Virus record (IMG/VR): IMGVR_UViG_3300047301_000212
Span: 1-32,642 of that record
Reading direction: 5' to 3' (one strand)
From: a virus
Taxonomy: Duplodnaviria; Caudoviricetes
DNA: 32,642 nucleotides
Position 1 is the first letter of the stretch. Every line of letters begins with the position of its first letter. The notes under the pieces were generated by a model. That model did no database searches and was not told the origin of the DNA. It worked only from the letters and a program-made list of their open reading frames with translations. Below, in pieces: positions 1-8,630 of the stretch. The position numbers were made by a program, and so were the translations under genes.

Positions 1-2
1 AG

Positions 3-3000
3 CTGGACCCAAGAAAAACGTATGGCGCGGATTACTTTGATGCGTTCAACGTTATCCTTGCAGAGAGTTTCCATACGCTATTCGAGAACCACATCAACAA
101 TAAGCTTGAACTAGCTGATATCGGCGCTCGTGCTGTGGTTGGTGACAAGAGGTTTAGCGAGCAGGAAATCAAAGAACTGCGCCAGGCAGACGACGATAGT
201 TCTGGAAACAAAGATGTTAAGCAGACAGATCGCTATTCGTCTTTTGCAGTTGGCTGGGCAACTCGTCCCAAGTTCGCAAAGAGCAATGGTGGATTTGATA
301 CACAGAGCCTTGCTGGATTTATGGCAGAATGTCTTAGCAAAAAAGATATCGCCAAGCTGGGTGGGGCAGAAGGCGCACTTGCCGCTAAATTCGTTGATCG
401 GCTAGTTATGCCGCTTGACGCCAAACGTTTCAAGACGAGCAAAGAATCAAACGTACCAATCCTTGGTTTGGTGATGAACCGGGCTGTTTGGGCGTATGGC
501 CGTATTACGCAAGGGCAAAACATCGCTACACTTAATCGAATTCTCGCCGACAATGCGGCAACTGGCAAGCCAGGCCTCCCCAGGACACTTGAGCAAGTAA
601 CTGTTCGAGTTCGTGCCTTCGTTGACCCACTGGTTACTGCCGTATCTCTTTCAAAAGGAGCTCAGGTTGATACTCGATACAAGTGTCTGCTACGGGCATT
701 TGGTCGTATCGTCGGCGAGTACGACAACTACGAAGATTGGGAGCTAGACGTAATCGCCTATATGGGGTCATCCAGGCAAGAAGCCGAGAGAAACATCTCT
801 GAGCAGGGAACTCTTTCTGCAGAACAGAAAAAGATGATGTTCGATATTATCGACCAGAGTGCCCGGTCTGATCAGCTTGCATGGAGAATCCCTCCAGCCG
901 CACTCCCAGAACTAGAGCAAATTGGCAAAAAGATGGGCTCGGTTGGCGAAATTAAGAACGAAGTTTTGTGGAAGACCACATTCCAGTATGCACTTCCGCA
1001 AGTCACTGAAAAGATTGGTCAGTACGCTAAAAAGGGTGTTGACGTCACCAAGCTTGTTGCACTGACCAAGAATAACGCTGCAATCAAAACCGTATGGCAA
1101 ATCCACATTGCTGAGCTATTGGGCCCAGCTGGCATCGTTGAAAAAACCGACGAAGAAAAGTACAGCATCGCTGTCACTGCCCTAGGAATGGTGCTTGAAG
1201 AGCATTCAAATCTACTTGTGATGTCTGAACCAGAGGCTGCCGTAGAAGTAGCTGAAGTCAAGGCTGAATCAGCGCAACTCAAGGAAGATAGCGAGGAGGC
1301 CGACATCGTAACTGACGCGGACGACAATCAATTCGGTCGCTCAGGAACAGATCTCCAGGCAACACTGCAAGAGCTTTCTTCCAAGAGTGACAACCTTCAA
1401 GTTATAATTGCTGCCGCGAAAGCTGCCGCGCCTGACTTTGATGACGTCATTCTTGACGAAGACGAGGACAAAGAAGCCTATTTTGAAAAGATTTTCTCAA
1501 GAACGTCTCTTCTAAAGACTCCGGCCGGCATTGATTATATCCTTAGTGTATACCGTAGCAAAATCAATACCCTGTCTCTAGCTGAATCGGTCCCCGCCGC
1601 AGTAGCAAAAGAACTAGATAAAGCTCTTGACTTGACAAAAAAGACGCTTATCTCAAAGATGCCTGTAGTGGCTCCAACGATCCACGCAGAAGTCATGCAG
1701 GAAATTGACAGGACGCTGGCGACAATCAAGACGGAAGCCAGCAGCCGTGCTCGTGCCGCAGAACAACTTATGCCGTCTGTTGAGCGGGTTGTTGCTGCTG
1801 CAGAAATCCAGAAGTCAACCGCCCATATGGCCTCAATTCAGCGTATGATTTTTGCTGCTGCGGAAATTGTTATGTCGAGAGCTCCAGTCCTTCCAAAGGC
1901 GGCTCGATACAAAATGGCGATTGAGGGATTCATTTCATTCAGCGAAGACAAGGTTCGTAATTGGAATGCTGCACTTCTTGCAGACAAGACGATCTCGGCT
2001 TATGTTAAGTTTGACGAAGATCTGCGTCGCACAGGCTCATCCCTGGATGTAGCCGGGGAGGCCGTTGTTCGTGGCCAGTTCAAAGACGAAGGAGATGTGG
2101 TTTTCGCCACCGATCCAACGATCAAAAAGCTTTTTGCTGCGCGCACCGCAGTAATTGACAAGATGAAGATGATGGACGGGCTAAAGGCTCAGTTGGCAGA
2201 AACTTCTGATGCTGAAATCGACCAATTCCACGATCAACTGGCCAAGGCAGAAGAGGAGTTTGGTGTAGCGCAAAAGAAGAACATAGGAGTAGACGAAGAA
2301 GAGGTTCTTACGGTCGAGGACGAAGAGATAGACGACACAGAGGACTATGATAGTGATGTCGTCATCGAAGAGGATGATCTCGATACCCTTGATAGTGCTG
2401 ATGCCGAAGAAGTGTTTGAGCTTGACGCAGAGGGTCGCCCCCTCTCTGACAAAGAAATGTCAGGCAGAAGGGACGAGCTTAAGGTACTTAAGTCAAGCAT
2501 CATGGGCGTGCGCGCTATTCTTGCGAGATTCAAGATCATCGGCACCCGGGCTGAGACCTCAGGTCACACGTCTGGAGACGTATTCTTGTACTTTGGTACC
2601 GAAATCCTTAATCGCATCCAAAAAGCCATTGATGATCCAGACTTTCTGACGAAAAACACAGAAGCACACATGAAGGAAATGGCAAAAGTCATGTCTGACA
2701 TGCGGCAGTATTTTGCCAGCAAGACTGGAACGATGCACCCATTGACTCCCGAAGAAGAAGAAACTTTGACGTCTAAGACAATAGAAGACGTTCAAGGCTT
2801 CTTGGTTCAATTTGGCGAAATTCTTGATCGACCCATTGATCGTCCGAAGGCCAAAGATGTTGCCCCTGTCGCGGCAGATTCTGCAGAGACGGCCCCCGCC
2901 AAATCAGTTCGTAGAACTGAACCAGGAGCAGCTAAGTCGAAAGACCTCGTGCCTGTGGGGAGCACCCTAGAGCAGAAGCTGAACGCGGAGATTGCGTCTG

Positions 3001-3794
3001 TACTCAGCTTGCTGAATGGCGCAATTGAGTCAGAACAGGCAACTGGTGGTCGACTCAACGTGCTACAGAATGCAATCAAGATGATCTCAGCGTTCGATGC
3101 ATCCAATCGAGACTTCTCAGCGAAAGCTGACCTAGCGACTCTGATTAAGTTTGTTGAATCAAGCGCTTTGTTTGCAACTGACCAAGAGCATGACACATTT
3201 GCTCCTTCAGGGTTCCAGGCCTTTATCGACAAGCTAAAAGGTAAGGGCTTTGTACTCAAGGAAGATCCTGTTTTTGATGCTGCTGCGAAACCAGCCGCAG
3301 ATCTACCAGTTCTCTCAAAGGAACATAGCCAGATGACCACTGTTCTGAAAGAACTGGTCACTGCCGTGTCGCAGATTCATCCTTTTCACAAGTTTGTGAC
3401 CGAGGCTTCCGACAAGACCAATAAAGAGGAAGTTAAAATTGCCGCCAAGCAGTTCCTAGCGACCCTCTCATCGCTTGAGAGTGCCGCGCTTGAATTAAAT
3501 GGACTGTTTGGGTATATGGACCAGGCGCACTCATACGAGGGTGCCGAGGCAAAGCACATTGCGACAATCAACGAGATGATCTCAAGAATAAGCCAGTTGG
3601 CAGAAGACGGAATTGAGGCGATCTCTTCTGATGCAGTTGACGGATTCGTTGTAGACAAGAAAAATCTTGACTCTCTTCGGCGGGTAGAAGATATAACAAA
3701 GAGAATTGTGAGACCATTAAAGGAAAAGGTTGCGAAGGCGTCCGCACCAAATCCAACAGTGATAAAGACCAGCGATGGCTGGCTGCTCGGATGA
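3..3794 (+). CDS. Very large acidic, probably helical hypothetical protein, 5'-truncated by the window (possible virion/internal protein)
   Basis: The frame of the 1219-aa ORF stays open back to position 3 (LDPRKTYGADYF...). D/E-rich tract at about 2290-2430. No family motif recognised. Followed by a terminator. Confidence 0.8.
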   Translation: MDPRKTYGADYFDAFNVILAESFHTLFENHINNKLELADIGARAVVGDKRFSEQEIKELRQADDDSSGNKDVKQTDRYSSFAVGWATRPKFAKSNGGFDTQSLAGFMAECLSKKDIAKLGGAEGALAAKFVDRLVMPLDAKRFKTSKESNVPILGLVMNRAVWAYGRITQGQNIATLNRILADNAATGKPGLPRTLEQVTVRVRAFVDPLVTAVSLSKGAQVDTRYKCLLRAFGRIVGEYDNYEDWELDVIAYMGSSRQEAERNISEQGTLSAEQKKMMFDIIDQSARSDQLAWRIPPAALPELEQIGKKMGSVGEIKNEVLWKTTFQYALPQVTEKIGQYAKKGVDVTKLVALTKNNAAIKTVWQIHIAELLGPAGIVEKTDEEKYSIAVTALGMVLEEHSNLLVMSEPEAAVEVAEVKAESAQLKEDSEEADIVTDADDNQFGRSGTDLQATLQELSSKSDNLQVIIAAAKAAAPDFDDVILDEDEDKEAYFEKIFSRTSLLKTPAGIDYILSVYRSKINTLSLAESVPAAVAKELDKALDLTKKTLISKMPVVAPTIHAEVMQEIDRTLATIKTEASSRARAAEQLMPSVERVVAAAEIQKSTAHMASIQRMIFAAAEIVMSRAPVLPKAARYKMAIEGFISFSEDKVRNWNAALLADKTISAYVKFDEDLRRTGSSLDVAGEAVVRGQFKDEGDVVFATDPTIKKLFAARTAVIDKMKMMDGLKAQLAETSDAEIDQFHDQLAKAEEEFGVAQKKNIGVDEEEVLTVEDEEIDDTEDYDSDVVIEEDDLDTLDSADAEEVFELDAEGRPLSDKEMSGRRDELKVLKSSIMGVRAILARFKIIGTRAETSGHTSGDVFLYFGTEILNRIQKAIDDPDFLTKNTEAHMKEMAKVMSDMRQYFASKTGTMHPLTPEEEETLTSKTIEDVQGFLVQFGEILDRPIDRPKAKDVAPVAADSAETAPAKSVRRTEPGAAKSKDLVPVGSTLEQKLNAEIASVLSLLNGAIESEQATGGRLNVLQNAIKMISAFDASNRDFSAKADLATLIKFVESSALFATDQEHDTFAPSGFQAFIDKLKGKGFVLKEDPVFDAAAKPAADLPVLSKEHSQMTTVLKELVTAVSQIHPFHKFVTEASDKTNKEEVKIAAKQFLATLSSLESAALELNGLFGYMDQAHSYEGAEAKHIATINEMISRISQLAEDGIEAISSDAVDGFVVDKKNLDSLRRVEDITKRIVRPLKEKVAKASAPNPTVIKTSDGWLLG

Positions 3795-3800
3795 GCAAAC

Positions 3801-3826
3801 GGGGCCCGAAAGGGCCCTTTTCTTTT
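3801..3826 (+). terminator. Rho-independent terminator
   Basis: GGGGCCC-GAAA-GGGCCCT stem-loop followed by TTTCTTTT, just after the stop at 3794. Confidence 0.85.
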
Positions 3827-3861
3827 GGCGCAGCCGAGTTTCAAAAATGAAATGAGACAGT

Positions 3862-5121
3862 ATGCAGTTAGATTTTAGTCCAAAGCTTACAGAGAAAGAT
3901 AACGTCTACACTGTAGACATTTCCGTCCCAGCGAAGGAGGTGACAAATCTTCGGGACAAGATGTACGCCGAGATGGCAAAGGTAGCAGAATTGCCCGGCT
4001 TTCGAGCTGGCAAGGTTCCTGTTGAAGTAATCAAGCAAAAGTATGCCAGGCAAGTCAATGAAGAGCTGTCACAAGACTTGACCGCTCACCTAGCGGTGCT
4101 TTCGGCCAAGCAGCTACAGATTTCTGCTGGCTTTAGGCCCCGCATTGCACCCGCATCGCTACCAAATGGCACGAGAAGCTGGATTGGCAAGTTCAATCTT
4201 AGCGGAGATTTCCTTGTTACACTAGTAAGTGCCGTGCCTCCTCCAGTCACAGTCAATACTGACTTTGAAATTCACATCGAACCACCAAATATTTCAGAAG
4301 ATGTTGACGAGCAAATCCATCACTTGCGGCATGACCTGGTTGTCAGGACTGCGAAGACTGAACCTGCCACCAAGTCAGACGAAGTTGTTTGCTCAATCAA
4401 GGTAACTGATGAGCTAACCGGCCTTGAGGAAGTTCCCCTGCGCGTAGAGCGGTTTCCATTTTCTTTCGATCTAAAGTCCCACAGCATGATGAGTGATGCT
4501 CTAGCAGAGCGCCTTGAGGGTGTTGTTGCTGGTCAAGATCTTGTCTTTTCAGAAGGCGACTATCGCTTTGATATTCATATTGATGCCGTTCACTCAAAGG
4601 TCCTCCCAGAGCTAACGGATGAGTTCGCCGTGTCGGTCGGTTTTGAAAATATTGCCGACTTGCGCCATAATATCGAGCAAGAGTGGGTTGCCAAGAATGC
4701 CATGCGTTTTAAGAATGCGGCGCATGGTACGGTTCGCAAGGCTCTATTGGCTGCGAACCCTTTCGAGATCCCGGCCGACTGGATCGAGGTAAATTTTCAA
4801 GCGCTCCGTAAGCGTCTGGGTAATTTGGCCGAACAACTAGGGATGAGCGAAGGGTCGATGAGAGCAGAAGCGGAGACATTCGCCGCAACAGACTACCTGC
4901 TCGAACTCATTAATGAGCAGCATCGCAACGAAACAGATTTGACCGAATCCGACATTAATAACTATGCCGCGGAGGAGGTGAGCAACCCGGCGCACACCCC
5001 AGAAGATTTTCTTGCTGGAGTAATCGGAAACGGTCAATACCAATACTGGCTTGAGTCAGTCAAAAAGAAAAAAGCCCTAGACTGGCTACTGGTCAAGAAC
5101 AACAAGAAAGTGCAGGATTAA
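3862..5121 (+). CDS. tig: Trigger factor-like ribosome-associated chaperone
   Basis: N-terminal signature LPGFRAGKVP (GFRxGxxP); VLPELTDEFA linker; LLAANPFEIP in the C-domain; 419 aa is close to bacterial TF length. Confidence 0.85.
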   Translation: MQLDFSPKLTEKDNVYTVDISVPAKEVTNLRDKMYAEMAKVAELPGFRAGKVPVEVIKQKYARQVNEELSQDLTAHLAVLSAKQLQISAGFRPRIAPASLPNGTRSWIGKFNLSGDFLVTLVSAVPPPVTVNTDFEIHIEPPNISEDVDEQIHHLRHDLVVRTAKTEPATKSDEVVCSIKVTDELTGLEEVPLRVERFPFSFDLKSHSMMSDALAERLEGVVAGQDLVFSEGDYRFDIHIDAVHSKVLPELTDEFAVSVGFENIADLRHNIEQEWVAKNAMRFKNAAHGTVRKALLAANPFEIPADWIEVNFQALRKRLGNLAEQLGMSEGSMRAEAETFAATDYLLELINEQHRNETDLTESDINNYAAEEVSNPAHTPEDFLAGVIGNGQYQYWLESVKKKKALDWLLVKNNKKVQD

Positions 5122-5122
5122 G

Positions 5123-5410
5123 ATGGATAAGACGACGATTAATGCAACGATTTCAGGGTTCCGCGTACGCAAGTTTGATTCAACTGAGGGCAAGAAGGAA
5201 GAGCAGCTAGGTATGCTTAAGCTGGCCTTGATTGCCGATAAGGAAGACCTGAAGGTTAATGATAGCCTTGGCCAGCTCACCATTGGTGACCTGATCTCCG
5301 CGCTCACGATCCATCAATCGAGCCGTGATGAGGTAGAGATTTCTCTGAACTTCTCAGTCCCCACTGAGCTTGCTAAGAAGATTCTTGATGCTCGCCGAGT
5401 ACAGCCCTGA
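5123..5410 (+). CDS. Hypothetical protein
   Basis: 95-aa ORF starting 1 nt after the tig stop, with AGGA upstream. Confidence 0.75.
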   Translation: MDKTTINATISGFRVRKFDSTEGKKEEQLGMLKLALIADKEDLKVNDSLGQLTIGDLISALTIHQSSRDEVEISLNFSVPTELAKKILDARRVQP

Positions 5411-5415
5411 CCGGC

Positions 5416-5438
5416 TCTCCAGAGCAAATCTCTGGAGA
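5416..5438 (+). promoter_or_regulatory. Hairpin overlapping the Shine-Dalgarno of the next gene
   Basis: TCTCCAGAG-CAAAT-CTCTGGAGA, a perfect 9-bp stem; GGAG in the 3' arm lies just upstream of TTG 5443. Confidence 0.5.
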
Positions 5439-5442
5439 TACC

Positions 5443-5766
5443 TTGACTCAGCCAATCGCATCAGTAAAGTTTAGCAAGACAACGCCATGTCCTAGTTGCC
5501 GTGACTATCTTTATAAGTTGCCATTCGCTGTAGATTTAGCCCTAGCAGAGCATTTGGCTCCGCTGGGGTTTCTTCTTTACCCCTTGGATAAATTCCGAGT
5601 ATTTATCATTCGCACAGACGCGATTGTGATTGACTCGATGCTTGGCCGACCTGAACTAAGAGTTCGCTTTCTAAAAGACTCAGTAGCGATGTCGGCACTT
5701 TTCAAAGCCTGCCTATCGGGCTGGATACAACACCATGGAGCGGTCGCCGAATTTACGGCCGCATGA
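5443..5766 (+). CDS. Hypothetical protein with CxxC
   Basis: 107 aa, TTG start with GGAG SD, CPSC motif; fills the gap before dnaE. Confidence 0.65.
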   Translation: MTQPIASVKFSKTTPCPSCRDYLYKLPFAVDLALAEHLAPLGFLLYPLDKFRVFIIRTDAIVIDSMLGRPELRVRFLKDSVAMSALFKACLSGWIQHHGAVAEFTAA

Positions 5767-5772
5767 GGCTGC

Positions 5773-8514
5773 ATGCAAAAATTCGTAAATCTTCACGGGC
5801 ACACACTTGGTTCAGTCCTTGATGCGATTATATCTCCAGAAGAACTCATGGCTCAGGCCGCCAAGATGGGGTTCTCAGCTATTGCCGTAACCGACCACGG
5901 CAACATGTCCCAGATTTGGGCAGCCTACAAATCCTCAAAAAAGCACAACGTACGACTGATTCCAGGCAACGAGATTTATTTTGTTGAAGATCTGGTGGAT
6001 CCCAAAGCCAAGCGCAGGCATCTTGTCCTGCTTGCTTCAAATGCGACAGGCTACAAAAATCTGTGCAGAGTGACCTATGAGGGTTTTCTTAATTCGGTCA
6101 CAGTGATGGGCCGTCAATTTCCGCGCGTAGACGCAGCAATCCTAAAGAAATACTCAGAAGGCATTTTTGCGACGTCGGCTTGTGGCGGCAGCATTATTGC
6201 CGCACATCTTTATGCCGGTGATACAGATGGGGCAGATCGTCATGCAAAGATTTTTCACGATATCTACGGAGATCGATTCTATATTGAACTCCAGCCACAT
6301 ACTCTGTCGAGAGGCACATTCGACCAAGTCCAGCTAAATGGAATGCTCAAGTCATTGGCGGAGAGACTTGGTATCAAAATGGTCGCCACCTGTGACTCAC
6401 ATTATCTGACTGCCGAGGATGAGAAGTTCCACGACATGGTGTTGGCGATCTCTTCCGGCAAGCCGCTCTCTGACGTCTCCAGGCACCGCTACGTGAGCAG
6501 TTTGCCCTGCACCGTGTGTGCGGGCGCGGGCGGCTCTTGCGCGGACTGTGGAGGCACTGGGATCGGCGAGATCGTTCCTTGCCCTGAATTCTACCTAAAG
6601 ACTGAGGACCAGATTCGCACCTTCTTCACAGAGCAATACTCTGCGGAATTTGCGGAACAACTGATCGACAATACCGCCTATATTGCCTCTCAATGTGAGG
6701 CTCCAACTTATCTTGAGCCAGATGGAGAGCGACTCGCCAAATTCGACATGAAAATGATTGCTGGCTGCAGTGATGCGGCAGAATTTGAAGAATGGGTAGG
6801 CCAGAAGCCAGCCCGTCAAGAAATTCCTGTCGATAATGCGTTCCTACGGTTTCGTGTTGCAAAGCGGTACAGAGAATACACTGCTAAATTCACAAAGAAA
6901 CTTCAGAAGGAATACTGGGAGAGGATTGAGCTTGAACTCGATATCCTTGAGGCCAGAGGCTTCTGCAGCTATATGCTGATGGTTGCTGATACGCTTGAAT
7001 GGGCGATGAACAACGACATTTGGATTGGTATTGCCCGTGGCTCAGCCGGTTCAAGCCTGATTGCATTCTTTCTTGGAATTCACAAACTTGACCCGATGCC
7101 ACATGGGCTAATTTTTGAGCGGTTCCAGAACAAAGAACGCAAACAGTGCCCTGATATCGATACCGATATCCTTTCATCTGGCCGCGGGCGAGTGATCGCC
7201 TATATGCGGGAGCGGTGGGGAGACGAGTACACGGCTCAAATCACCAACGTAAATAGAATTACCCCCAAGGTTGCGATCAAAGATATCTCTAAATCACTTG
7301 AGATTGGATCCTCTCGCTCTGAGAGTTTTGCTCTTGCAGACCGTATTACGAAGCAGATTCCTCTCAAGGTCACGAAAGAGGACGGCAAGACAATCGAGAT
7401 TAATACGCTTGCACTCGCCAGGCAATATTCTCCACCTTTGGACGAATTCTTTTCGTCGTACCCAGAGGTAGAGAACTATGCTGAAAAAATAGTTGGATTG
7501 CCACGTAGCTGGGGCGTTCATGCTGGTGGCGTCGTTATCTCAGACAGGCCTTTGCCAGACTTTGTTCCTTTGCGTAGGGATAACGAGGGCGTCATCAGCG
7601 TACACTACGACAAGTATGCGACTGAAGAGATTGGATTGATTAAGATCGATATGCTTGGACTCGACACAATCGACGTCCTGCGTGAAACTTATCTTTCGGC
7701 AAACCGCTGCGGAACAAAACTGCCCAAATTTTGGGAGATTGATGAAACCGACCAAGCAGTATATCGCATGATATCGGCTGGCGATGTGCTTGGTTTGTTT
7801 CAGCTTGAAGGCGGAACACTAGCTAAACTTTGCAAGCCCGTTCAACCCAAATGCATCGAGGATATTTCTTTGATTAACGCTCTAGGCAGGCCTGGTATTG
7901 ACAAGAAGAAGCGCCAGCAGTTCATTCAGCGTCGCGCGGGTCATGAGCCAATCGAGTATGCTCATCCAGAGCTTGAGAGTATTGCAAAATCAACCATGGG
8001 CATCTCCGTCTATGACGAGGATCTTCTTAAAATCGCCTCTCACATCGCCGGTTGGAGTCTTTCTGAGGCCGACGGGCTTCGCAAGTTAACAAAACTAAAG
8101 GAGAAGGGCGCAGACCTAGCAGAGAAACTCGAAAAGAAATTCGTTTCTGACGCAGAAGCGCATGGCGTGGTTAATCGAAAAGACGCTCAAATGATTTGGG
8201 ACGTCGTCATTGCTGACTATGCAAAATATGGTTTCTGCCTGTCTGCGGACCAGCTGGTCGCAACATCGAGTGGGAATAAAAAAATAAGTGAGCTCACTAT
8301 GTCTGATAAAGTCGCATGGAGAGATAGCGCCGGGGTTGTGAGGTACAATGAGCCGATTGATGTTTGGTGCTCTGGTGAAAAAGAGGTGCTTGAGGTGACT
8401 CTTGAGGATGGCACAACAATTAGAGGAACTGCTGATCATCGTTTTCTATATGATGGCGAGTGGGTCTCTCTAGGGAAATTGATTGAGATTGGTGAGATGG
8501 AAGTGGGTCAATGA
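5773..8514 (+). CDS. dnaE: DNA polymerase III alpha, N-terminal part, ending in a split-intein N-fragment
   Basis: PHP motifs (NLHGHT, TDHG, GNE, RHLVLL, SAC, CDSHY), RGSAGSS, catalytic PDIDTD and KIDMLGL, HAGGVVI; then AKYGF followed by an intein-like tail. Confidence 0.95.
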   Translation: MQKFVNLHGHTLGSVLDAIISPEELMAQAAKMGFSAIAVTDHGNMSQIWAAYKSSKKHNVRLIPGNEIYFVEDLVDPKAKRRHLVLLASNATGYKNLCRVTYEGFLNSVTVMGRQFPRVDAAILKKYSEGIFATSACGGSIIAAHLYAGDTDGADRHAKIFHDIYGDRFYIELQPHTLSRGTFDQVQLNGMLKSLAERLGIKMVATCDSHYLTAEDEKFHDMVLAISSGKPLSDVSRHRYVSSLPCTVCAGAGGSCADCGGTGIGEIVPCPEFYLKTEDQIRTFFTEQYSAEFAEQLIDNTAYIASQCEAPTYLEPDGERLAKFDMKMIAGCSDAAEFEEWVGQKPARQEIPVDNAFLRFRVAKRYREYTAKFTKKLQKEYWERIELELDILEARGFCSYMLMVADTLEWAMNNDIWIGIARGSAGSSLIAFFLGIHKLDPMPHGLIFERFQNKERKQCPDIDTDILSSGRGRVIAYMRERWGDEYTAQITNVNRITPKVAIKDISKSLEIGSSRSESFALADRITKQIPLKVTKEDGKTIEINTLALARQYSPPLDEFFSSYPEVENYAEKIVGLPRSWGVHAGGVVISDRPLPDFVPLRRDNEGVISVHYDKYATEEIGLIKIDMLGLDTIDVLRETYLSANRCGTKLPKFWEIDETDQAVYRMISAGDVLGLFQLEGGTLAKLCKPVQPKCIEDISLINALGRPGIDKKKRQQFIQRRAGHEPIEYAHPELESIAKSTMGISVYDEDLLKIASHIAGWSLSEADGLRKLTKLKEKGADLAEKLEKKFVSDAEAHGVVNRKDAQMIWDVVIADYAKYGFCLSADQLVATSSGNKKISELTMSDKVAWRDSAGVVRYNEPIDVWCSGEKEVLEVTLEDGTTIRGTADHRFLYDGEWVSLGKLIEIGEMEVGQ
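8236..8511 (+). other. Split intein N-fragment (92 aa)
   Basis: Block A CLSADQLV; block B LEDGTTIRGTADHRFL (TxxH); acidic C-terminal half. Confidence 0.9.
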
Positions 8515-8630
8515 AGTTAAAAATACAGTCCGTTAAGAGCCTAGGAACCCAGGCCGTTTGGGATATCCAGATGCCTGTTGAGCCTCATTTTCTGCTACCT
8601 GGTGTCAGTGGAGATATTGTGGCACATAAT
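8511..8630 (+). other. Split intein C-fragment (40 aa)
   Basis: Basic start MKLKIQSVKSLG; block F VWDIQM..HF; block G IVAHN followed by Cys+1. Confidence 0.9.

Noticed and set aside
8490-8520. Programmed -1 frameshift joining the dnaE halves
   Set aside because: No slippery heptamer before the TGA; the ATGA overlap and a typical Met-Lys IntC start fit separate translation better. A sequencing indel is not excluded.
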